A stretch of DNA of 64,000 nucleotides from the NCBI GenBank assembly GCA_001949185.1, contig BDGG01000010.1, positions 535,337-599,336 on the forward strand, in the 5' to 3' direction. The notes below the pieces were generated by a model. It did not search any database, was not told the origin of the DNA, and was given only the letters and a program-made list of their open reading frames with translations. The stretch is from Ramazzottius varieornatus. Taxonomy: Eukaryota > Animalia > Tardigrada. A program made the position numbers and the translations under genes. Every line of letters starts with the position of its first letter. Position 1 is the stretch's first letter. Below are positions 40,264 to 51,865 of the stretch, piece after piece.

Positions 40264-41337
40264 TGTAAAATTCCGACTAGTAGCTCGTAGTGTATCACAT
40301 TGAAGTGGCAGGCGAAAAACAGATCTCACGGCTGTTGTAGCGATGTGAAATCTCTATTGTGGATAAAGTGCGTTGGATTTATGGGTCAACCGTAAATATG
40401 GCACGACACTCCGCGCAGTACAATTACGTCGATATCGATGCCTGATAGCGATGCTGAGGTTGCTCCAAGCAATACCGGTTTTCAACTCGCATGTACAGCC
40501 CTGTACCACATCACTCGCGCCAGCACATCTATTAAGCAAAAGATTCTAGATGGACAAAAAAGGTCGAGTCTTATTTCTGTAAAACCGGGAGCATGGAGTT
40601 TCTTAAGTTACCACATAATCGTAAGCCTAAGAGACGGAGGGAAGCATATTGCTGGACTTTGATCATCAATGCTGACGGTCGGACGTTATCTTGAGGGCAC
40701 GTTATCCAGCACGATAATCCACTGTAGCAACCGCAGCTGAAAATTTGCGGAAGGAACTACAGACTAATTTGGTCCGGAAGCTTCATGGCAACAAAGACAA
40801 GGAGTATATTTTACAACAAAGATGACTCCCCTACCCGTCATAAAATTTGTCTGCTTTATTGCGTCCATCAGAAAAAATCCGTAGAGGCCGTAATGTGGCG
40901 ACGAGTATAAATCAAATTTGGGGCAGCAATGCTGTCATTGCATCAATATGTCCTTGATGTGCTGGAACCGTGCTTCCGGGTTCGCGGATCCCGGTCGTAC
41001 GACTCGGCAACCGAGAAAGTTTCAGTGTATCACGTAATACTGCACCTTAGCCTGGAAGCAGTTTTCTTTTACCGCGGCATTTTCGGAATGTCACAAGCCA
41101 AAGGGTGTTGTGGCGACAAAGCAAGATGTAAAAGCTTGCAAAGATACCGCCCACGTGTAGTTATGGCTACTAGAAAGCAACGGCCAACATCCAGCGTTGT
41201 GGTCAACTACAGTACGCACGCAAAAATAAGTTCACACTACCGTCCTTTATTAACGACGAAAAGAAGACCGATTGCTTTTTAAACTATGATTATGCGTTGA
41301 ACCTCATGATACGTATCCCTGCGCATGATAGTCCCCG

Positions 41338-43360
41338 ATGCCGTGTTCGAAATGGCGTGGTAACCGCGTACTTCCATCGAGTAATTCTGCTACCCAACTT
41401 ATCACTTCCGTCTCCCATCAACCGCATGTAAGTCCGCGCGACTAGGAGAAACCTTCTTCGATCTAAGGTATGCAGGTTACATCTCAGGCTCCCGCCGTAA
41501 CATTCTTCTTTGCAGTTTGATCAAAGTTCAGCTGTTCTTCCTTCCCCATCATCCTTCACTCGCACCAAATCCATCTTCGCTCATTCGACCCTTCACGTTC
41601 TTTACGTTTCCGGTCGGGACACGCATTCCTTCTCCGAGTTTATGCTGACCGCTCTACTGAAAGCTTACCAGCCTTTTTGGAAGTTTAACCACGTCCGACT
41701 CACCAACCTTTGTTCTCCGCCCAGCCTGCCACGGAAGAAACCACCGATGGAAACTCCAACTTCAACCCTCCTCATTGTCAACAATCTGGACGACCTAGCT
41801 CCACGAATACAAGCCATCTTGAGGCGATACTGCACGCAGTCCCTTCAACCCAAAAGCGTCTTCCTGGTTTTGATCAATGTACCACGACGATACAGGTGTA
41901 CACCTGGTGTACTGCGCGCTGTCCAAGTCAAAACTTTGGAGCGTATTCACACCGAGTTTCTTCTTGGGTTTCTGCCGGAAAACTTGAAGAGCGCCGTTAC
42001 GTTTCGTGTCATGGTTTCCACGAAAATCCTGGCGAAAGGAGTTATCAAGAAAGCCGTGAGATGGCTGAACAAGCATAACAGGGAAAATAAATATGCCGAA
42101 AAATTGGAGCATCTCGATGTGCGTAAGTATTAAAAATCATTCTATCGCTCGACGTTCCGCATAATGCTACTTTGTAATACTTTTTGCTGGTTGGCACACA
42201 ATGACAACAATGGCTTTGCTTTTCTGTCGATTTTGCACGGGCGCTTCGGCTTCGCATTCATTAGAACGCAATCCATAGTATTGACATGCACGTTTGGCTT
42301 TTTCCGTACAATTCTTCGTCGGTTGGATATCTAACGCCGCTAGCAGTCCAGCATTCATCGTTCTCATCTATACCGAAGAGAAGAAGGTTCGCCGAGTACG
42401 AGGACCTTCCCAATCCCCGTCTGTCGCTCCGCCGACTACTCAGACTGACGCAGTCCTTAAGCGTCACCAATCTGCGTCGACATGAAAAGATAACCCCACA
42501 TTTCCGGCCGGACGAACCACGTTACGACGCCGAGTACGAAGATTTCCGCAGCAGAAGGGAAACTCGCCGCTTCGTCCGCAGACTTCGCGAAACCATGCGG
42601 GACATTCGTCGGGTGGCAGTCCCATCGAGAGCCACGGACATCAGCCAAAGTGGGACCTTCAATACAGTTCGCGTCGGTGGTCAATCAGGTCTGACCGGCG
42701 TGACGGGATTGACCTTACTGGACGAAGCAGACGAAGATGACCACGATGACGATGAGGACGCGTAGGTATTTCTCCTGAAACTTCCAGGACTTTTGTATCA
42801 GTTGACGTCATAATTTGATTTCTCAATGAAGGAGCTCCAGCAGCAGTGACGATGATACGATCGTATGGCCTGATAGTGACGAAAGCCAGACCGACACCAT
42901 TCGCACGGAAATATCCACGCCCAACGAGGGGATAAGCTTGACATCGAGTCTAGCAGCTGAAATCGAACCGATGTTTCGACAGCTTCATGCCCGGCAAGAT
43001 GTTCCTGCAAGAAATTCGAGCACTGTCCAAGCGGCGCCACGGCAAGCACTGCGTAGTGAGCGGCCAGACTCGAACCGGTCCGCGACAGTGTACCATCGAC
43101 TTGACCAGAACCGAATAGACGCTCGCGGTTTCCAGGATCTGTACAGACCAGAGTTTCGACCCGTTTTCAGAAGAAGCATTCCGAGGCCAGAAGTCATATC
43201 GATGAGGAACGAGGATGAGTTAGAGCTATCGCATGTGGAACAAGCTTTCATATGGAATTCTATTGCTTCTGACAGTAACGCACGCCGTGGACTGAACCTA
43301 CCTTCGGGACCACGAGCAGGGCGTTCTTGCAGGCAGCAAGAGTCGTCCATCGTGGCGTGA
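41338..43360 (+). CDS. Uncharacterised 4-exon protein (about 540 aa): degenerate AAA+-like domain plus basic/acidic disordered tail
   Basis: Exons 41338-41427, 41516-42122, 42347-42761, 42841-43360 join in frame through GT-AG introns of matching phase; KRRR NLS-like motif; DEADEDDHDDDED acidic run. Confidence 0.55.
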
Positions 43361-43594
43361 TTCAGACACCCGAAATTTTTTTTGATGCACTCTCTGTTCT
43401 TTAACTCAATGTCCGCGGTACGGTCGGAGTTTGTCCTGCGTTACGGCAACATGCGCACGGCATTTCAAATTTCGTCGTAATTGCACGTTTTATTTGATAC
43501 AAGAAAGTTAGCGTCAGTTAGGTTAGCTCAACTGTACAAGTTTCGCAAGGCTGCGCCCATCTGTTAAAACAGCCACGGATCAGGACGAATTTTA

Positions 43595-44181
43595 CAAGCC
43601 CGTTCAAGCAAAGTTGTCACCACTGACTTTTCGAACTTGTCGGACAATTCACGATGAGAGTTTCAGCCCCAACTTTTAGGCTACGGGTGAAAGCCCTGTC
43701 AATAAGCTACTAGAATCAACCAGAAACGAATCCTTTGAAAGTACCATTGATTGCCGAGAAGAAATTATTTGGGTGAGGGTCGTCGTTCAGCTTTTTTCCT
43801 GAATTCCAGTCCACAGAAATCGGGCGTGACTCATTTCACGAAAACTCTAGCGTGTCCGATACTAGATCAGATGCGCTATCGTTCTGCATCAACGAATTCT
43901 TTTCGTTGTCTGAAACAAAATTTTTCGAAGCAAAAGTCTGTTTTGGGACCGTTGGAAAAACAGCGGGAAAACAAGGGTCTCTACAGGACTGCTCCCGTCG
44001 AGCCTTGAGCTTCTGTGATCGGTATTTCGACTGCGGTAGTTCGATTTGGGATGTCTGGTACTTGTCTGAAAAGGGAAAGTTGGGGCTGTCAGGCAAAATT
44101 AGGAACAGCTCTCAGAAGTCGTTATTGGGAGAGAACCAATGTTTTGAAAGAGTGGTGGAAAAGTTTGCTTGAACGGGCCTC
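43595..44181. mobile_element. Non-autonomous TA-flanked DNA element (587 bp)
   Basis: Imperfect TIRs CAAGCCCGTTCAAGCAAAGTTGTCACCACT vs reverse complement GAGGCCCGTTCAAGCAAACTTTTCCACCACT; subterminal CAGCCCCAACTTT / AAAGTTGGGGCTG; TA at 43593-43594 and 44182-44183. Confidence 0.75.
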
Positions 44182-44315
44182 TATCAATGTCATGGCAAAC
44201 ATCGGAAAATCTGAACTGTGCGATTCTACCAGAAATCACACGAACAGCATTCAATACGTACTCGTTTACGTAAGCAGCTCATTATAATTCAATCTCGCTC
44301 GCTTTCCCAAGATTT

Positions 44316-45114
44316 ACCTGGGATCTCTGCACAACCTCTTCCAGAAGGTCCTGTTCGACGTAGACAATGCTAAGTCCCGACAGGATATTAAGAGCTTCGA
44401 AGTTGAGTAATCCCGTCGCAAGCTGTTCTATTTCCGGTTCATCTAACTCACGTGTCTATAACAAACAAGACGGTTTCCGTTGTCAACCGCCGTACATCGA
44501 TTTCGAACACTGCGCTTGTCTTCACTAACGCCGCACCCTTACCTTGACTAACAGTGGCAGTACCATATCAAGGTAGTCCGGAAGATTCTTGCACACAAAC
44601 GACCTGCAGAAAGCTGCAAGTTCCGGAACGCCGTATTGCTGAGCACACTCCAAAAACGTCCACGGCGTTCTCTATACATAATCCTTCAGCTCGATCCGTA
44701 TACAAGAAAGTGACGAGCACAGTAAAGACTTCTTTACTGTAGTTCGAAAGTCTTTACTGTAGTTCGGGATGGATATCTGTACGTTGTCCATATGTGCAAC
44801 GGGTCCGTAAATCATGGCCTGGAACACTTCACTTCCGATTGCCAGGAAAATCCTGCAAAAGAAGACGGGAGACATTACAGGCGGTGGTCAGCAGGCATAA
44901 TGTTTGTTTCGTCGGATCCCATCCCACAAAAGAGGAGTAGCGTTGTGAAGTGATGTCATTCTTACTTGTGAGCATGAAGCTCTTGCTCGGTCCCATTTTC
45001 GGTTGGAAAGACGAAGGCGACATCCGAAGCAACGGACATGTTCTGCAACAGGTGGGCAGCACGCAGACGCAGCTTCTTCGTTCGTCCTTGCCATCCCCAG
45101 TCCGTTCTTCTCAT
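44316..45114 (-). pseudogene. BTB/POZ-BACK protein (BTBD1/2/3/6-like) pseudogene
   Basis: WQGRTKKLRLR..HLLQN..SDVAF..LHAHK|IFLAIGSEVFQAMIYG; FLYTD; V.ECAQQYGVPELAAFC. A 20-bp insertion and a +1 T shift the frame; premature stop at 44672. Confidence 0.75.
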
Positions 45115-46187
45115 GGCGAAACTTTAGTTTCGAGCTGCTCCGTCTGAAAACAAGAAAGCGGAACTAGGAACTCAGGGAAACAAGTACGTACCAAAAATAA
45201 AATTCCCTTCGAATCACACATGACTTCACCGAACTGGACTCACAATCAACAATCAACATCAGTTCTGGCGTCACAGCTTCGCAGTGACATCACACTGGTC
45301 AAACGCTGTCCAACCCAATCTGTGCATCACACCTAGATACATCAAATCATTCAATCAAGGTACAAAGGCCTTAGCCGCTTTGCGCAGTGCTTGCAAATCA
45401 GTACTAGCTGCCCTGCCGCAGGATTTTCTATTGTCAAAGTGCCCATTGTCCATTTTTCTGCACCAGCCAGGTCAGCCGTGGATCTTCCACATTTTCCATC
45501 GGTTAAAGTCCCCGACAATGCTTGCCGTTTTATGGCATTTCTGGGTGATGAAAGCTCGGCCCAGTTAACAAGACACTTATTGCGAAGAGGAATCCTTTGT
45601 GTGAGGTTTCGGAACTTTCGGTGTATGTCTGTAGATGGGCTGGAACGGCTGGCAAACAAGAGAGACAGCATGGCACAGGCAAAGCTGTCTGCGCCCTGCC
45701 AGTACCAGTGCCTGGCGTCAGGCTGGACAGAATGCTCTCGCTGATATCGGAACGATCAGATCGAACAGATCGACCGTTACAACTGCATTTTCGTGCTTGT
45801 TCAACTCTTGATATCTGTCATTCCACCGAAACCAGATCAACGCCACTATAAACCGTAAATTATAGCTTTATGTTATTGCATGTTGACCGCTCTTGAGCTT
45901 GAGATTGGCTAGTGTGTAAATTAGCCAAGGAGCTAAATATCTCTCTGTTAGCGGGGGCGAGATCGAGGCGTTGACGACAAATCGCTTCTTTACCTTGTGA
46001 GAATTCATTCGCTGCCGAATGCATTACCATTCATTTTTTTGCTGACTTTATCGTTGCTCACCTCTGGTCGAAGTCTGACGTTGAAAGATCGAAAGGTGAG
46101 TCGCTGTTGGTACATTAATCGTCGTCGCAGGTAATTGAATACGATGTTGCTTTTCGTTTTGGCAGATTCTGATAAACTGCGAGGAAG

Positions 46188-47519
46188 ATGGTGAAAGACA
46201 AGCTTATGCGCTTGATTGGTCGAACGACGACGGAAGCAATACCGTATGGGACTCAGGATGAGGAGCAGAGCTTGCACACCGTTACCCCTGTGAAATACAG
46301 GACCGTCTTGGAAACCACTATCACAACGTCGACGTTGGATACCTACAACTTCGGATTCGTTCAGGTATGTGAATTCTGGCCATATTTGTAGAAAATAACC
46401 AAAACAAGCTGGATCAGGATTTAAAACCAGTCTGCCGGAAACTATTTTCCGGGTTTGCTTACGCCCATGAAAAGCCCTTTGGGACCAGCGCACTACTGCG
46501 CCAGGTGATCTGGGGAGGTTATGTCGTTTCCACACGGTTTCTTAAATCGACTTGCGCAGCCAATCGTGTAGATGGCGGGTAGTATGGCGAAATTCCCCGT
46601 TTCTGCCTTAGACTTAAACCGTATGGTTCTCATATAATTAGTTTATTATTCGAGCTTTACGTTCTAGTACCCAATTCTTCTGTGATGTGAGATATCTGTC
46701 GTGCCTATCAAGTTGATTGAATTTTCTATGGACTTTCGTTGCAGAAAGTTCGGGATTCATTTCGCAGGAAGAAGAAGGCAAAGGAGTACGACCTTATCAC
46801 CGAAAGACCATCTCCCTTTCAGACGCCTCCTCGCTTCATCCTTGAGAAGATCGAGCCGGCTACCCCTATAAAGTTCGACTCGCCTTTCGGAATGGAGAAC
46901 CTTCAGCAACTTGTGATAAAAAGAAAAGCGGGTCAACACCAGCTCAAGTACGTTCATTCAGTCCAGCCCACTTCAGATGGCGCAGAGCGACCCAAGTAGG
47001 CGTACTTCGCGCTCAAGTAGTTTTTCGTCCTGCCATCTGTTAGTTCAACATTCACTCGAACAACCTTCAACCAGACACCACAGTACTCATAGAAAAAATA
47101 TACATTTGTTCCTCTTTGCACGCTGTATTTTTTTCCTCTGAAGAGGGTGTTGATGTTTGTGTGCGTTTCTTGCAGGGAAAACTTTGGCGTGAAAACAACT
47201 CACGACAGCCAAGACGAAAATGTGTCGGATGTCTCGGACCTCTCCACAGGAAACCAGGAAGTCTTTGCGAAGCTCGCTGAGCCGCTCAACACTGATGTTG
47301 ACGAGAAGCTGATGTGCGTATGGCTAGGACTGTCGTGTTCGCCTCCCCGGGGAGAACTTGTCTTGCATGTCTAAGCGGCATGAAATAATTGATGACTTTC
47401 TTTTGACATAATCTTCATCTTCTGATAGTGACGCATACTTCAAGACGCCGGATGGCATACGCAAATATCATCGTCGGTCCAAAGTCTTTCTAAGCGTGAA
47501 GGAGGATCATCTCATTTGA
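46188..47519 (+). CDS. Uncharacterised small 4-exon protein, low complexity, S/T-P sites, basic patch RRKKK
   Basis: Exons about 46188-46364, 46745-46947, 47176-47312, 47429-47519 can be joined in frame with GT-AG introns; no recognisable domain. Confidence 0.5.
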
Positions 47520-47976
47520 AGAGCTCTCCGAAGACTCGATGATACCCACCCGAAAAATCGACCCGTTTTTCCTTTTTTTCCTTTCTTTATCATGACAGAC
47601 TTTTCTTTCGCCGTTCCTGACTGTCAAGCGTTTCTGCCACATTTCTTCCTGATTAGTTTTTGGTACTCATTGCTCTGCTGAATTTTGGATCCATTCTTTA
47701 CGGACTTTTGCTGCACGAAATATTCTTTTTTGCACTCCAGATTTCACAGACGAATATTTGTCATCGGATACTAGATTAAGAACAAGGCTAACAAAAAAGA
47801 GCAGAACACAGACTGTCCAACAAATTTATTTGTCTAGGATAAAGGAACTGAAATCTGACACCGAATACACAACTCCACCGCTTACCAACGCACTTCAAGA
47901 CTTGACCAGCAAAAAACGACTGGAACATGAAACTGTATTACAATAGGGCTTTTGGGAGACGAGAAAAATTCAGGCT

Positions 47977-50002
47977 TTACATTCCGCTCAGGCGATTTTG
48001 TATGCCTTTTGTCATGCTGTACTCGTAAACGATGCGGTTCCCGAGGGAAGCGTGGAAGCCTGCTTCCTTCTCCTTGCGGACGGCATACACAATCTTGGCT
48101 CCTTTTTCGTGCTGTAGCATCTTGTCCATCAACTTGATACTGCCTGCAAGGGAAAAACCCAAATCAAATTCAATTTGCTTTATCCGAAAAAAGATCCGGT
48201 AACAAGATCTCTCTGGAGTATTTTTTCTCACTCATTGAGTTCCGGGGAAAAACTCCTTTCTTCATAAAATCATCTAAAAGATTACCACCATGAAAGTTCT
48301 CAGTCAATGAAACGGGACATCGCCAAACAAACTCGACAAAGATTATCTTCCAGAGTGGCGCACGCGTCCATTGCTATTGGCTGGAAGAGTGGGCCACTTG
48401 GCGAAACAATCCGATCGATTGTTTGATTTCCAAAGTAGCGCACACTTCCACTGTTGCAGGCTGAAAGAGTGCGCCCATGTTTGTAAGCCCATGTCCCGAA
48501 CGTTATCTACATGGAGGAAAATTTTCGGCTTCATTGCTTGCAGCTGAGCCGGGAGTAAAATCAATTACCCAGAGCGGCTTTAGTATTGTCAAGACCATTC
48601 AATAGGGAAGTTGATTAGAACTGAAAATGCCGTGAAAGGACCATTACGGAAAATCGATTCACTGGCTGAGAAGCCCGCTAAGCTGCCGACAAATACAGGG
48701 TCGGAAATGAGGGAAACGGAAATTTAAATGACAAAAGAAGTGGACTAACCAGCAATAAGGAGGACATAGGGGAATAAATGAGTCCTTTGGCTTTGAGTTG
48801 ACAAGAACCTCTCGATCTGCTCGTATAAATCATCGTCGAGCGCCGTGCCGCCAAATTTGCCCGGTTGATGTCTGTCGATCAAGTTAAAGTTCACCTGTAG
48901 GTACAAAGACAGAAGGAGAACATAAAACGGATATGAAGGTGTGGGTAGAAGTTTATGTCCACAAGGTATTACTATCGGGTATCGATCGATTTCTCTGCCG
49001 CCATCAACATAAACGATTCAAACCATCCCCCGTGATGTTTATTCATCCTAAGAGGACTTACATCGTATGCCAGCAATTCCTGATAGACATCGGCTGGAAT
49101 ATGCGAGGCGTGATCATAGGCAGCGTAGATTTCGAAGGTGTCTTCGCCAGTATCCGCTTCGACGCGAGCTTGAATGGACTTGAGAATATCAGCAAAGTAA
49201 TCACGGCCGCCCACGTTGCAGTTTTCCAGATCCCAAAAGACGCGAGCAGGTCGTCCGAGAATAGCTATAACGAGAAAAACATCAAGGATTAATTAGAGCA
49301 GACCACTGCAGAACAGGAATGGCGTCAGTGCCAAATCAGCTGCTAATTTTGGCACCAGCAAACCGCGCGAATCAACAATCAACAGAGTTGATAAACCTAC
49401 ACCTCGCGTAAGAAATTCCATACCACCTCTCTTGATTGGGCTCATTTCACCGCAATACTTCCACAATCATAAATTCAAGCGTTTCGATAGACCAATCAAG
49501 TATGTACAATACACAGCCCACATTTCAGTTGCACTGCATTCATATTTTGCACTGCATCCCCGGTCAAGCAGCGCAACCCACGGTACACACATGCCTACCC
49601 TGTGCGCTACAATGACAACAAGCGACTCATCGATGTTATCTGCTCGTTCATTTGTCCTCAAGTGCATCATAAAACAGGTTTCACCGCCACATTCAGTACA
49701 AGTTAGTCCCCTTATTATTCGTTGAGCTGAGGTAGCTACGCGTTAAGCAAACAAATAATCTGCTAGTTTTCTTGGTACTTACTACGTTTTACAGGCACGA
49801 TGGTGGCATCTCCCTCTCCGGAAATGGACATCTTTCGACTCATGGCCGTCAGTGAATTATTCCGTTGTCCTCCGGAGCTGGAACCTCCAACGGGAGGGCT
49901 TGCTTGGTCCATGCTTCCCACGCGCTCGAAAAGTTTATCAAAACGAGGAGGACGTGAAGGGCGGGCAAATTGAAGTGAGGATGTACTGGCTGACTCTTGC
50001 AT
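47977..50002 (-). CDS. NYN (PIN-like, MARF1/Limkain-b1-type) domain protein with degenerate active site
   Basis: Exon 49264-49062 RVFWDLENC; exon 48894-48750 TALDDDL..YVLLIA; exon 48143-47977 GSIKL..GAKIVYAV. 5' exons (Ser-rich, CTECGGETC) less certain. Confidence 0.6.
48320..48480. repeat. GTGGCGCAC-N25 element, doublet (NYN-gene intron)
   Basis: Units at 48355 and 48435, both 25-bp spacers; upstream arm GCCAAACAAACTC. Confidence 0.72.
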
Positions 50003-51865
50003 ATTGAACAAGGATTAGTCAGGCTATAAAGTGCACCGAATCCCGGTGGAATCGAATCGCCCAGGGGCGAAGGGTGGATGAGCCGGCTATGAGCGTGAAG
50101 CAATAATTAAGGTATCGTATTCGCTGAGCCAGCTCCCGGCTCGATTCGGTGTAACCTTTGAGCTCAGTGATCCGAGTCGGTCGCAAGGGAAAATTAATTT
50201 AGTTTCATATAACGGAGTAGACTTGCTGGAATTTCTCAGTTTTTGGCGAATTTGGCGAATGAAGGAACAGGTGTCGAGCGCAGGTGTGCAGTGAGCATCA
50301 CAACATGACGACACGCACCTAAAAACGGCGGTTCCGTCGCCGTTTGACTTGATTAGATGCACTCGAACGGTGAACAACTAGAAGACTGCTTGGTCGACGA
50401 AAATTTGCACTGCGTGCATTCAGCCGGTAAAGAGGCTGAACAAAGTAGTCGAAATGAGCCAATCGAAGATTTATTCAGAAAATGGAGAATTTCCAGAAAC
50501 TCTATAACGGAGTTACGGAGATAGAACTCTCGCTGTTCAAAGCCATGGGCCCGAAAAGATTTCCCTGCTTCATAACCGATCAGCATCACACGTGAGGATA
50601 ATAATCCGTTGTTCTGTGGACTCTTTCATAACTACAAACTGACGAGTAAACAAATTTGCACGTTATTCCTTCCGAAAACCAGTTGTTCCGCAAAGTCGAG
50701 TTTGTACACAAGCAATAAGGAAGTCAAACTGGGCGACTTCTTTGTCGGAGAGAAAAAAGCAGACTGTATATTTTTGTACGCGGTTTTGATATAGATCACT
50801 GATCGCAGATACTGTACTAACAATATTCGACTGGTAGAAACGAGAGAAGGAAAGAATGCGTCGTCGGAAATGAGGTTCGCTACGCGCACTGGTGGTGTGA
50901 GACAGTTGGTTGGCTTCTGGGTTCTCTGGGTCCTTCGACTCAAACTGGCAATTTCATCAAGTACTGTACAAGCAGAGACGTTAATGCTTTCTTCTCGAGG
51001 CACTCCGCCACGCATGTTAATGGGTCGCCGCACTGACTTCGCTTCCGTTGAAATCGTCTGCTGCTGCAAATTCCTGTCGGCAGAGCAATTGCAGGCTAGC
51101 TTAGCAAACCAATGCACCATCCATCACAATTTGATTCGTGCTGATCGCAGCGTGGAGCTTCGGTGACTCTGTCGGATCTAATTAGGGACTGGAAATTTCT
51201 ACTTCCAGAACACGTAGCCGAGCAAACCTGTCTCCAAACTGCACCGAACTTTAGTATATTTGCGACGAACAAAATCGAGGAACGTTAAACCATGCACAAG
51301 TCTGTGACTCCCCGATTTGGAACTTGATGGGATGGTCCGGTTTATTCCCAACACTGGTGACCAGACTTCGGAATGCGAATTCGAATATAGAGTCGCGATA
51401 TGTTACGTAATCGGTAGACTAAACGCCGGTATCGAAGGTTGGCCTACATCCCCTTCTTCTTCGCACAGCGAACCCAGATAAGATTCTGAGAGAAGCACAA
51501 TAACTGGCCACGATTCTCGGTACTGGCAGATCAGTAGTTTCAAAACTCAGCACAAACTTCACGAGCACGAATTATCAAGACCATAACACGAATATATTCG
51601 TCAACACTTCATAGTATACGACATGTACTTTCACAGACGGATAACCAGCACAAGATATTGCAAGACCCAAAGTATGGTGGATGCTGTTAAGCGTAAAACC
51701 CGCGATATCCTGCAAATTGCCTGTAGCTCGTGATAGTCTTTTTGTAGTTCGTCTGGGAGATCTGAAGAAGCGCAGGTATCGATTACCCTGACGGATCAGT
51801 GCCGGACACTTCTCTTCGTAGCTCTAAGGTTTCTCTCTAACGCAAAATTTACAGAATCCAGAAAA

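Noticed and set aside
49405-49545. In-frame TGA codons suggesting selenocysteine readthrough in the NYN gene
   Set aside because: Exon structure here is unresolved, no SECIS seen; intronic sequence is more parsimonious.
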